A DNA stretch of 64,000 bases from a virus: positions 7,092 through 71,091 of the IMG/VR virus record IMGVR_UViG_3300034073_002951. One strand, written 5' to 3'. A model generated the notes under the pieces. That model worked only from the letters and a program-made list of their open reading frames with translations, was not told where the DNA came from and made no database searches. Every line of letters begins with the position of its first letter. Positions within the stretch are counted from its first letter, which is position 1. This document shows, one piece after another, positions 17,039 through 26,304 of this stretch. Both the position numbers and the translations under genes were made by a program.

Positions 17039-19285
17039 TCAAAAGAATTTGTTTGTGTTATTATTTACTTTTATTCTTTTATTCGTTTCCTCAATATAAG
17101 GATTTTTTTGTTCATAGTCAATTCTTGCTTCCGCTATCTCAAAGTATTCCTTTTCTCTTTCTATTCCAATAAAATCAAATCCACCCCTTACTGCTGCCTT
17201 ACCAGTACTTCCACTGCCCATAAACGGGTCTAATGTAGTTCCACTTTTTGGAGTAACTAAACGGATAAGATAAAGCATTAAGTCTGTTGGTTTTACAGTT
17301 GGGTGGTGGTTCTTTCTTGGTTGACCTAATGCACTCTGTCTGCCCGATGCTGGTTTGGACCGGGCGGAAGCCGGAGGTTCTCCAAACGGAAACTCATCCA
17401 ACCCTTCGTTTCTATCCCCTTTTGAAGTTTTTGGACAATAGAAGAAACGAGATGCTCCGCCACTATCATTATGTCTTACTGTTACTTTATTTTTTAACCC
17501 TTTAAAAAAATCATTTTGTTCTTCGGGATTTGTATAACCTATACTTGTTGCCGTACATTTACTCAACCCACTTTGTTCGTCCAATAACTTACCTGCTTCT
17601 TCATCAAAGATAATGTTGGCAGGGAAACGGCCAGGTGGATTATAGTTCTTTGGTTCAACCATAGAGTAATCCCCATATATTATATTACCTGTTAGTGGTT
17701 TTGTTCCAAAGTCTGCGTGTTGGTTTTTTTGTGTGCTTTCTTTTCTATCCGCTTCATCTTTGAATGGTATTCTACTTTCATCTATGTTTATTCCACCGGT
17801 TCCCCATTCTAATACATTATCAACTACTGTATTTTCAGAGAGTGGTTTTCTTGCCATTACGATTGGTTCGTGTGCAGGTTTGAGAGCCGTCCCCCAACCT
17901 TCCCAATCAGAGTTTCCTTTGGTTATTTCCCATTCTCCTACACCATAGGTTGAACCATCATAGTCTGGACTATTTGGGTCTGCTTTACCCCAACAAGCAT
18001 TTTTAGCAGTTCTACTATCATTTCCAACTACTTCTCTTTGATTACCAAGTTTTTTATCAACCTCTTTTCCTATGTTGTGTGATTTGGGGAAGCCTGAGTT
18101 TCCTGTAATGAATACTTTTCCATTTCTACGAGCAACAAAAGCACCAGTTGAGGTGTTAGGACAGAAGATTACTCCTGAATAAGTTTCTTTGGTGATGGTT
18201 GCCAAATCGGTTGTATAGGATGTCCCGCTTCGTATTTCTTGTGGTCGGAGTTGTTCTTGAATAACATTAGATTGTTTATCTCGTTGTTTTCGGGGTTGTG
18301 GTCTATGTGATGGATGCACTCCATTCGTGTTAGTGGTCTCCCCAAATATTGAGCTACCTTCAGTCGGTATTCCGTCACGTAACCATCTTTTCTTGCCATA
18401 CTTTTGTATTCTTCGGGACACCTCACGTATTTTATTCTTGCATTGGAGTAATACCCCTTCTTCTTTCTGTAAGTTATCCCACCCTTCCAAGCTGGATTGT
18501 TCTCCCCACTCATATTCTGTCTGTAACTCTCGTGACTCTTTTCCGTCCACCCCGAACGACCTTTGTGTCCGTGATGTTTCCATTCTTCCCCCCTCACTTT
18601 GCCATTGCATTGGTGACTGCAATAATTGGAGTTCCCCTTCTTGTAAGAAAGAAAAATCGTTTTGCAAAACTGGCACTCTTTCCATATCACCGAGGTCTTG
18701 TGATTTGGTGAATACAAGATTTCCATTTCGTTCAACAAGGCAGTTGTGGTCTTTGCTGACGAGTTGGTCTGTTTGATTTCCTCTAATACGATAGACGGTA
18801 TCTTCGTTGAGCGAATATACATACCACCTTTCGGGCCTTTCCCATTTGTAAATGTCTCTTTCAATATCATAAACTAAAATCTCTCTTTTACTATAAATAT
18901 CATCTTTTGTGATTTTATGGTAGTGTTTCCACCCCTCTTTTGTAAGGATTTCAGTATCTTCTGTTAGACATCCATACACCCACATAATTTGGTCTCTTAT
19001 CTCAAATCCTGCATCTTCTATTCTAACTGCCATTCTATGATAAGTACGTGAACCTGCAAAAGCAAGAAGATGACCTCCGGGTTTTAGAACTCTCATACAC
19101 TCTTCCCAAATCTCTTGTGACGGAACATCGTAGTCCCACTGCTTTCCCATAAATCCACCTTTGGAAGTTTTACCACTATTTGGAGCTGCGGAAAGTCCGT
19201 ATGGAGGGTCCGTAACTATGGAGTCAACGGAATTATCCCCTAACTCTTTGAGTTTATCTAAACAATCACCTAATAAGAGTTTCAT
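17039..19285 (-). CDS. N4/N6 DNA methyltransferase (beta class) containing an intein
   Basis: IVTDPPY (motif IV) at the N-terminus; HPTVKP and LDPFMGSGSTG (motif I) at the C-terminus; the conserved WVYG|SGFPKS is split by a 291-aa insertion. Confidence 0.92.
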   Translation of the reverse strand: MKLLLGDCLDKLKELGDNSVDSIVTDPPYGLSAAPNSGKTSKGGFMGKQWDYDVPSQEIWEECMRVLKPGGHLLAFAGSRTYHRMAVRIEDAGFEIRDQIMWVYGCLTEDTEILTKEGWKHYHKITKDDIYSKREILVYDIERDIYKWERPERWYVYSLNEDTVYRIRGNQTDQLVSKDHNCLVERNGNLVFTKSQDLGDMERVPVLQNDFSFLQEGELQLLQSPMQWQSEGGRMETSRTQRSFGVDGKESRELQTEYEWGEQSSLEGWDNLQKEEGVLLQCKNKIREVSRRIQKYGKKRWLRDGIPTEGSSIFGETTNTNGVHPSHRPQPRKQRDKQSNVIQEQLRPQEIRSGTSYTTDLATITKETYSGVIFCPNTSTGAFVARRNGKVFITGNSGFPKSHNIGKEVDKKLGNQREVVGNDSRTAKNACWGKADPNSPDYDGSTYGVGEWEITKGNSDWEGWGTALKPAHEPIVMARKPLSENTVVDNVLEWGTGGINIDESRIPFKDEADRKESTQKNQHADFGTKPLTGNIIYGDYSMVEPKNYNPPGRFPANIIFDEEAGKLLDEQSGLSKCTATSIGYTNPEEQNDFFKGLKNKVTVRHNDSGGASRFFYCPKTSKGDRNEGLDEFPFGEPPASARSKPASGRQSALGQPRKNHHPTVKPTDLMLYLIRLVTPKSGTTLDPFMGSGSTGKAAVRGGFDFIGIEREKEYFEIAEARIDYEQKNPYIEETNKRIKVNNNTNKFF
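18098..18970 (-). mobile_element. Intein (291 aa) in DNA methyltransferase
   Basis: Block A CLTEDTEILTKEGWK, block B SKDH, block F/G VIFCPNTSTGAFVARRNGKVFITGN, followed by Ser+1. Confidence 0.92.
18169..18870 (-). CDS. HNH homing endonuclease encoded in the +1 frame inside the intein
   Basis: CQFC...CSHQC zinc motif, GENNPAWKGG, EYRL...LGRPL...IHHIDHNPENNEINNL (HNH_3-type). Alternative start ATG 18726. Confidence 0.85.
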   Translation of the reverse strand: MILKETFTNGKGPKGGMYIRSTKIPSIVLEEIKQTNSSAKTTTALLNEMEILYSPNHKTSVIWKECQFCKTIFLSYKKGNSNYCSHQCNGKVRGEEWKHHGHKGRSGWTEKSHESYRQNMSGENNPAWKGGITYRKKKGYYSNARIKYVRCPEEYKSMARKDGYVTEYRLKVAQYLGRPLTRMECIHHIDHNPENNEINNLMLFKNNSDHKKYEAGHPIQPIWQPSPKKLIQE

Positions 19286-19539
19286 ATTGTGTAAATGTGG
19301 ATTGGGGTATATTCTCCAACATAAGCAGATTCTATATTAAAGTCAAACCATTCTATTGCTTCCTCTTCCCTCATACCTTGTTCTTGAAGTTCTGAAATGA
19401 TTTTCCTAATATCATATACTACTCTACCATCAGAGGATACACCGATTATTGCTCCATCTAAACCATCCCAAAGGATAGCTTCTTCGTTATGTTCCGAAAT
19501 CCTATCTTTAATTGCCTGTGCTTCCAAATCCACCCTCAC
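19282..19539 (-). CDS. Conserved phage hypothetical protein
   Basis: DGLDGAIIG...VVYD...EAIEWFDFNI...YVGEYTP pattern; overlaps neighbours in operon fashion. Confidence 0.6.
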   Translation of the reverse strand: MRVDLEAQAIKDRISEHNEEAILWDGLDGAIIGVSSDGRVVYDIRKIISELQEQGMREEEAIEWFDFNIESAYVGEYTPIHIYTI

Positions 19540-20023
19540 CTCTTTCAGTTTGTGATAGTTCTTCTACTTCGGTAAATCGTACAGATGGATATGGAAGTAT
19601 CGTTATTTGACAAATTCGGTCACCAACTTCGTAATGTTGTGATTTTGGATTTAGAATGTTAAAGGTTGCTTGTATTTCACCTCTGTATCCACTATCTATT
19701 ACTCCAACTGAATTACTTAATTGTAATCCTGTTTTTCTTACCGAAGACCGTGGGAAAATCAATCCAACATATCCACGGGGAATTTCTACTGCAATACCCG
19801 TGCCATAAGTAATTTGTGTTCTGGTTTTGGAAATAATTTCTGTGGCTACTAAATCCATACCCGCGTCACCATCTTTTGCGTATTGTGGAAGTATTGCGTT
19901 AGGATGTAGTTTTTTCATTCTTATATCTAATTCTGCTAATTCCGTCAGTTTGTAAGTCACAGATTTCCCTTCAATATTTGCGGTTGATGAAAATTCCCTA
20001 AATAAATTTAATTGTTTGTCCAT
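19508..20023 (-). CDS. dut: Trimeric dUTPase
   Basis: AGMDL, PRSS, GVIDSGYRGEI, RGEGGFGSTG. Confidence 0.95.
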   Translation of the reverse strand: MDKQLNLFREFSSTANIEGKSVTYKLTELAELDIRMKKLHPNAILPQYAKDGDAGMDLVATEIISKTRTQITYGTGIAVEIPRGYVGLIFPRSSVRKTGLQLSNSVGVIDSGYRGEIQATFNILNPKSQHYEVGDRICQITILPYPSVRFTEVEELSQTERGEGGFGSTGN

Positions 20024-20037
20024 AGTTTTATAATATA

Positions 20038-21270
20038 TTAAAAGTTTGTGTAAATTTCAAGGTTTTTGTATTTTTTTCTGCATTCTTTTACTGTTTTCAC
20101 TTCATTTTTAAAATCTAAATAATCAAAATGAGAACTTGACCATATTTTTTTTAATTCAAATTCCTCATCACTAAATGTTCCCCAATTATTTATATGAATA
20201 AAATTTACTTCCGTTCGCATTCCATTCAATTTTTGAAAGTAATCACTCATTTCTATGAAGGATACCATTTCTTTGTAATTGTTATTTTGAACTACAAAAG
20301 TCATTCTAACAAAATCCAAGTTTGGTATTTTTGTAAAAATAAAATGAAGATTTTTTTGAAGTCTTTCCCAAATACCCCCTCTTCTTATGACCTCATATGT
20401 TTCTTTTGTGGAGGCATCAATACTAATTTCAGCTGCTATTCTTGGAATTTTATGTAAGTTTGATAACTTGTTCCATAATTCTTCAGTCCATCCATTTCCA
20501 TTTGTATGAAGGTGTAAAGTTTTTACTTGAGGATATTTTTCTATTGTTATTGATTTTAATAAATTTCTCCAATTTTTACCACCAAAAGGATCACCAGATG
20601 CTGTTATATATAATTCATGAGCATCTTTCATGGTTTTTTTAAGAATATAATTTTGTATTTTTTCTGATTGTTTCTTTTCTTCACCTTCATACTGAATAAA
20701 TTCATTTCTACAAGAAGGACAACTTAAATTACAACTTCTATCGTGTGAAAAAATTACGGTTTCAGGATCCCATTTTAATTCAGTCAATTTGTTAAAATAA
20801 ATTTCTTTCCACTTTTCTTCACCATCTGGATTTATTTCTTTAGCATTCCAAAGTTTATGAATAGTTGTATCATCATAAATTGGAAAATATCCGTTATTAT
20901 AAACACTTTCATCTATATTTTCATTCCACCATCTGTGTAAAAACCCACATTCATTTTCGTCACAGTATTTAAAATCACCATCATGCATTGATTGACGAAG
21001 TTTTATTGCAATTTCACTATTCCAAATTTTTTCCCAATTTTTTTCATTCAAAACATTTCCCGCAGGACCACTTTGTATCCAAGCGTTTTGCCATTTTTTT
21101 AATTCCTCAACCCAATATCCACTACAACATTGCCAAACTTCACCATTTACTAAAAATTCTGCATTCCTAAAAGGAGCAACACAAAACCCTTTTCTTTTTG
21201 GTTTAAAATTATCTGTTTTATACTCTTCAGATAATATTTCATTAATTATTTGTTGTATATCATCGGTCAT
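20038..21270 (-). CDS. Radical SAM protein with N-terminal SPASM/twitch domain
   Basis: CVAPF...GEVWQCC...GNV (SPASM-like), CNLSCPSC, SGDPF, HTNG, ISIDA. Confidence 0.85.
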   Translation of the reverse strand: MTDDIQQIINEILSEEYKTDNFKPKRKGFCVAPFRNAEFLVNGEVWQCCSGYWVEELKKWQNAWIQSGPAGNVLNEKNWEKIWNSEIAIKLRQSMHDGDFKYCDENECGFLHRWWNENIDESVYNNGYFPIYDDTTIHKLWNAKEINPDGEEKWKEIYFNKLTELKWDPETVIFSHDRSCNLSCPSCRNEFIQYEGEEKKQSEKIQNYILKKTMKDAHELYITASGDPFGGKNWRNLLKSITIEKYPQVKTLHLHTNGNGWTEELWNKLSNLHKIPRIAAEISIDASTKETYEVIRRGGIWERLQKNLHFIFTKIPNLDFVRMTFVVQNNNYKEMVSFIEMSDYFQKLNGMRTEVNFIHINNWGTFSDEEFELKKIWSSSHFDYLDFKNEVKTVKECRKKYKNLEIYTNF

Positions 21271-21272
21271 TT

Positions 21273-22637
21273 TTAACCCATGTTTTCTACATATTTTTTG
21301 TGTAAGAGTTTCTTTTCTATCAAACTACCATCTTTACTTTCTTTGGTAGCAATAATTCCATCTACCGAGTTTCCTTCATATACTTCTATAATTCCTTTGT
21401 TGGTATCCATTTTACAAGGGAATGTAATACCGTCCATACCGAACCTGTTTTTCATAATGTGAGCACGAGCAGTATTGTTTAACTTGTCTTTTGACTTTCT
21501 ACTCCACGACATAATGAAGTCTGCGTTCATAACCTTTGCGTATGAGTCTGCAATTTTATCGGCTTCAATCACTTCACTATCTATTGCAGTTCTGTTGGTT
21601 TGTGAAGCAGTCCAAACAGGAATACCTAACTCACCACTCAAACCACGAAGGTCAATATACACCCCACCTTGTTCTGCGTAAGTAGAGTCTGATTTATTAG
21701 AATGTGAAAGAAGTAAGTCAGCGTAATCCACAATAATAAGGTCAGGTTTGTTTCCCAACGAAATCATTTTGTCTATATGTGCCTCTAATTTCTTTACCGA
21801 AATTCCTTTTGGTGGAAAGTATTTAATAAGAAGTCTACCGGGTAGTTTTGAAATTCTACTTTTTACTTCATCTTTTTTATCCTGTAAATCACTTGACGGA
21901 ATGTGGGTAAAAAGAGTATCATATCTATTACCGACATAATTTTCTTGTAATTCCAAGGTATAATGAACTACCGAAAGTCCTTGTCTTACTGCTTCCGAAC
22001 CCATTGCACAAAGTATCCAAGTTTTCCCAACTCCCGAAGGTGCGACTACTACTCCTAATTCACCAGGACCCAATCCACCTTGCATTAAATCATTTATAGG
22101 AGTCCATGCAGTTTTTACAGTAAATCTGTCTATATTTTCGGTTCGTATTTCAAAGTCTTGGATATAGTCAGTTCCTAAATCATTATCACTACCAACTTTC
22201 ATTGCTCTGTCTACCAAGTCTTTAATTTTGTCGTATTGACCTGACTTGAGTAAATCTACTGATGAAAGAATAACCTGTTTGAGATTTTGGTTCTTACAGA
22301 AGTTTGTGAACTCATCTTTAATATATTGTAAGTCCAAATTACCGACTTGGGTATAGACATGGCGAAGTTGGTCTACTACGGTTGTTTTAAGGACTTCGTT
22401 GTCTAAATTAGAGACTTTTACCTTAAACACGTCCATCGTAGGTGGTCTTCGATATTGTTCGTGGTAGTCCAAGATTTCGCCAACTATCCATTTGTTGGCC
22501 TCGGACTCAAAGAATTTGGGAGTCGTAATCTCTTCTATTTGTGAAAGGAATTTCTCGTCTGTTAAAAGTGCACTGATAACTTTGGACTGAAACCCTTGAC
22601 CGTATTTAGAGAGTGTGTCTATGTGTTGTTCTGGCAT
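21273..22637 (-). CDS. DnaB-like replicative helicase (gp41-like)
   Basis: APSGVGKT, IIVDYADLL, WTASQTNR, KNRFG. Confidence 0.92.
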   Translation of the reverse strand: MPEQHIDTLSKYGQGFQSKVISALLTDEKFLSQIEEITTPKFFESEANKWIVGEILDYHEQYRRPPTMDVFKVKVSNLDNEVLKTTVVDQLRHVYTQVGNLDLQYIKDEFTNFCKNQNLKQVILSSVDLLKSGQYDKIKDLVDRAMKVGSDNDLGTDYIQDFEIRTENIDRFTVKTAWTPINDLMQGGLGPGELGVVVAPSGVGKTWILCAMGSEAVRQGLSVVHYTLELQENYVGNRYDTLFTHIPSSDLQDKKDEVKSRISKLPGRLLIKYFPPKGISVKKLEAHIDKMISLGNKPDLIIVDYADLLLSHSNKSDSTYAEQGGVYIDLRGLSGELGIPVWTASQTNRTAIDSEVIEADKIADSYAKVMNADFIMSWSRKSKDKLNNTARAHIMKNRFGMDGITFPCKMDTNKGIIEVYEGNSVDGIIATKESKDGSLIEKKLLHKKYVENMG

Positions 22638-22693
22638 TATTTATAGTTTATATAAAAATAAGGAAAAAATTTGATTTATACAAGTTTTTAAAT

Positions 22694-23911
22694 TTATTTT
22701 TCAAAAATATATATCGGTTCTCCAAATTTCATATCCTGTGTTTCATCTACCAAATTTCGTGTGTCATCATTAAAGTGGTCTGTTTTGGCTGTTCCCGCTC
22801 CTCCATTATTAGGACGAGATGCTATTTGCATTCCAATACAACCTCTGTATTTTAAATTGTTTGATTCTAAAAATTCATTCATTGGATTTACGATTTCTAA
22901 ATAACCTTTTGTTGATGATGAATAAACATCAGAAATATTAATTGCTAAAATACCTCCCTTTTTTAGGGTAGGTATAATTTTTTTTAAAACAGAATGTAAA
23001 AAATTTTTATTCCATTCATCAATTGTTTTGTATCTTACCCAACTTTGTGTGTTATCGTTGGAATATCTTTCCGTATCGAAATACGGTGGGGATGTAAAAA
23101 CAGTATCAAAATAATTTTCATATTCTGAATAATCTACATCTTCTGCTGGTTGTGATATAAATGTTGCCCTTTTTGGTTCTTCAAAAAATGTTTGGTATTT
23201 TTTGTAATACTCTTCTTGTTTTAAATAGTTTTCATGATTATTTACGTTAGGATCTATACCAACATAGTGTTTAGTAGTTTCACCTGCGTAAAACCCACAG
23301 AATCGGTCTCCCCATCCTGCTGAAAAATCTAACACATTTTCTGATTTAAAATAGTCATAAAATGCTTTTGCAATTACAGGTTTGAATTGTGAAGCTACAT
23401 ATTTTCTCATTTGTATAGCTAAAATAATGTTTTTTTTATTTACTTCTTGTAAATGTTCCGAAAGAGTAAAAAAAGCTTGAATTGAGGTTTTTATACCTTT
23501 TGGAGTTTGCCAACTTTTCCAACCAGATGGCATTCTTACCCAATCTACCTTATGTCTATTTTCCAAATGAAATTTATTTGAAGCTTTATTTCCTGTATTA
23601 ATTCTTTTAAATGATAAAAATTTTCCATCAAATTTTAAATCATATTTGGTTTTTCTACCATTTCTTGGAAACCAATTTCCTTCAACTAAAATATCCGGCC
23701 ACCAAGTTCCTTTTAATTTCTTATAATCATCTAATACTTCATCGTCTGGTATATCAGGTAGTGGATAATCATAAGAATGCAAAACATGAGATAATTCATC
23801 TACAATACTTTCCCTTTCCCAAGTTTTTTTAATCCAATCCCATTCTTCTTTTTCAATAGTGAGATATGGTGACATACCATAAAATTTTTTAAAATACTCA
23901 CTAATTTCCAT
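22694..23911 (-). CDS. SAM-dependent (amino) DNA methyltransferase
   Basis: VLDFSAGWGDR (motif I), YVGIDPN, VFTSPPYF (motif IV). Start set at ATG 23911. Confidence 0.8.
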   Translation of the reverse strand: MEISEYFKKFYGMSPYLTIEKEEWDWIKKTWERESIVDELSHVLHSYDYPLPDIPDDEVLDDYKKLKGTWWPDILVEGNWFPRNGRKTKYDLKFDGKFLSFKRINTGNKASNKFHLENRHKVDWVRMPSGWKSWQTPKGIKTSIQAFFTLSEHLQEVNKKNIILAIQMRKYVASQFKPVIAKAFYDYFKSENVLDFSAGWGDRFCGFYAGETTKHYVGIDPNVNNHENYLKQEEYYKKYQTFFEEPKRATFISQPAEDVDYSEYENYFDTVFTSPPYFDTERYSNDNTQSWVRYKTIDEWNKNFLHSVLKKIIPTLKKGGILAINISDVYSSSTKGYLEIVNPMNEFLESNNLKYRGCIGMQIASRPNNGGAGTAKTDHFNDDTRNLVDETQDMKFGEPIYIFEK

Positions 23912-24956
23912 TATGCACAAGACTTGAAAATGTTTCTTTTAACCAAGAGTTTATATCACCAAAATTATTTACAACTTTATATTTTAAACAAACTTTAAGA
24001 AAATCCATTTTATTAAATAGTTTTACTTCTTCATTGAACCTATCTAAAATCTTCATTTTAATTTGACCTGAAATGTCAGGGTCTTTAAGTTGCATTAGTT
24101 CTTTGTTAAGAAGAATTTGTTCTTTAGACTGAATGATATTTTCATATAACTTTAACTTTTCAGTTTGTATTCTTTCTTCACTTAACTTGATAATGTCTTC
24201 TGGATCTAATTGAATTTCTTCCCCAAGTTCGGGAAATCTTTTTAACATAGTCTTCATACCACAACCATATACACCGGGTATATTATCACTTGTATCCCCA
24301 TCAAAAACTCGGTAAGTCAACATATTACGAGCATCAATACCAAATTCTTCTTTAACTAACTTTCGGTTGTATATTTTCTTTTTGGTAGGAGACCATACAA
24401 TTGTTTTCTCATCTACTAGCTGTAAGAAATCCTTATCAGTAGACATAATAACACCCTGTTCTCCTTCTTTGAGAATTTGAGTTGCAATATACGCCATTAC
24501 ATCATCAGCTTCCACATTATCATAAATCATCGTGGTAACTGGTAAGTAAGTCAGTAGGTCATTTAACCATACGAACTGTCGTTTCATCGACTCTCGTTCG
24601 TCTTCCTCATTCATTAAATCTGCGTATTGACGATTTACACGAAGTTGTTTGTTTGTTCGTTCAGATTTGTATCCACTAAACGCTTTCTTTCTTCGTTGAG
24701 AACCACCTTTACCATCAAAGACAATGACTACCCGAGTGGGTTGTGTTTGACGAATTGCATATCCAATAGATTTAAGAAACCCCGAAACTCCACCAACATG
24801 ATCACCATCATCATTCATTGTTGGAATAGAAGACCAACACCTAATATAGGTGTTAAGTCCATCTATTATCAAAACTCGTGAATTATGATGTCTGTTGGTG
24901 TTTGTTTCGTGTTCTTTTTCTACTGACTCTAAAATACTTCTATAGAGTTCTTTCAT
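23901..24956 (-). CDS. 5'-3' exonuclease / flap endonuclease (T4 RNase H-like)
   Basis: IIDGLN, VFDG, EADD, STDKDFLQL, GDTSDNIPGV. Confidence 0.92.
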   Translation of the reverse strand: MKELYRSILESVEKEHETNTNRHHNSRVLIIDGLNTYIRCWSSIPTMNDDGDHVGGVSGFLKSIGYAIRQTQPTRVVIVFDGKGGSQRRKKAFSGYKSERTNKQLRVNRQYADLMNEEDERESMKRQFVWLNDLLTYLPVTTMIYDNVEADDVMAYIATQILKEGEQGVIMSTDKDFLQLVDEKTIVWSPTKKKIYNRKLVKEEFGIDARNMLTYRVFDGDTSDNIPGVYGCGMKTMLKRFPELGEEIQLDPEDIIKLSEERIQTEKLKLYENIIQSKEQILLNKELMQLKDPDISGQIKMKILDRFNEEVKLFNKMDFLKVCLKYKVVNNFGDINSWLKETFSSLVHNGN

Positions 24957-24958
24957 TA

Positions 24959-25171
24959 TTATACTGGAAAGTATTTATTGAGTGTTTCTAATCTTCCATC
25001 TGCATCATCAAGTAATGCAAGAGATTCTTCCAAGTTTTTATAGAAGTCACCTGTTGAGTGATCTCCAATACCAACACTTTTTTCCATAAGAAGTTCTAAT
25101 GAAAGTAGTGCTTTGGCTCTGTCTGCTTCAGCACTTGTTCTCAACATTTCAACAGCTTTTATTTTTACCAT
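24959..25171 (-). CDS. Conserved phage hypothetical protein
   Basis: 70 aa, VGIGDHS motif, tightly packed between recA and the exonuclease. Confidence 0.6.
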   Translation of the reverse strand: MVKIKAVEMLRTSAEADRAKALLSLELLMEKSVGIGDHSTGDFYKNLEESLALLDDADGRLETLNKYFPV

Positions 25172-25173
25172 GT

Positions 25174-26292
25174 CTATTCCTCATTTTGAGAGTTATCAAT
25201 TTCCATACTTTCTATATCGTATGTATCTGTTTTGTATTGTAAAATTGTAGATTCACAGATTTGTTTATAAATTTTTTCTCGAAGTGTTTCATCCTTTTCC
25301 ATCAAAGGAATAAAATCTTTTGCTTGAAACTTATGAACTTCACCTGTTTCTTCATCCACATATTCATACCAAGCACCTGCTTGTTTTACAATTTTGTTTT
25401 CCTTCATTACCATTAACCACGAACCAAAGTTATCTATACCACGGTCAAAGTATATATCAAAATCGGTAGAACGAAGAGGTGGACCCATACGGTTTTTAAT
25501 TACCTGAGCCCTGACTTTCATACCCATTATTTTATCTTGTCCGTCAATTTTCTTTTTAATTTGTCCGATGTTTTTTAATCTCAAACGAACAGATGAGTGA
25601 AATGCAAGAGCTTTACCACCACTTGTAGTCCAAGGGTCAGCGAATGCCATAGCATTTAATTTTTGACGAAGTTGATTTGTATAGACAAGTAGGATTTTCT
25701 GTCTACCAATCATATTTGTAATTTTCCTCATTGCTTTGGAAATAATGATTGCTTTGTCAGTTGCGTATCCATCTTTGCCGTAATCGGCAGCCAACTCTGT
25801 TTTAGTAGAAGCAGCTGCAACAGAATCAGTAACAATAGTTACCAATCTATCTTTATCGGTTTGTCTAACTTTTTCAATAATGGTTTCAGTAAAGTCAAAA
25901 ATTTGTTCTACTGAATCAGCTGATACATAAAGAAGTTTAGAAACATCTACACCAATAGCTTCTAAAAATTCTCTACTTACCGCAGTTTCGGTGTCAATTA
26001 AAACTGCTACACCGCCTTGCTTTTGAGTTTCAGCAAGGAGGTGAGCAGATAGTAATGATTTACCACTTTGTTCAAGGCCAGTAATTTCAACAATTCTTCC
26101 AACTGGAAACCCACCATAAGGTCGGTTTGAAATAGCAACATCTAACATCGCACATCCTGTGGAAACCCAACCCGAAACATTCGTGGGGGCTTCATCAGAG
26201 TCAAGAAAGAATGCTACTTTTTCTTCTTTGGATTGTTTGTTTAGAGTTTCAGCAAGTATATCTGCTAAATCTAATTCTTGTTTTTTGGCCAT
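25174..26292 (-). CDS. recA: RecA/UvsX recombinase
   Basis: GRIVEITGLEQSGKS, DSVAA, NQLR, TSGGKALAFHSSVRL, KNRMGPP. Confidence 0.95.
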   Translation of the reverse strand: MAKKQELDLADILAETLNKQSKEEKVAFFLDSDEAPTNVSGWVSTGCAMLDVAISNRPYGGFPVGRIVEITGLEQSGKSLLSAHLLAETQKQGGVAVLIDTETAVSREFLEAIGVDVSKLLYVSADSVEQIFDFTETIIEKVRQTDKDRLVTIVTDSVAAASTKTELAADYGKDGYATDKAIIISKAMRKITNMIGRQKILLVYTNQLRQKLNAMAFADPWTTSGGKALAFHSSVRLRLKNIGQIKKKIDGQDKIMGMKVRAQVIKNRMGPPLRSTDFDIYFDRGIDNFGSWLMVMKENKIVKQAGAWYEYVDEETGEVHKFQAKDFIPLMEKDETLREKIYKQICESTILQYKTDTYDIESMEIDNSQNEE

Positions 26293-26304
26293 GTATTATT
26301 ATGA

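Noticed and set aside
16971-17042. Lys-rich N-terminal extension of the TonB receptor in the ORF track
   Set aside because: It derives from A-rich leader sequence; the signal peptide begins at ATG 16970.
22655-22683. Possible promoter TTGTAT-N17-TATTTT upstream of the helicase
   Set aside because: Spacing is right but both hexamers deviate from the consensus in very AT-rich DNA; too weak to list as a feature.
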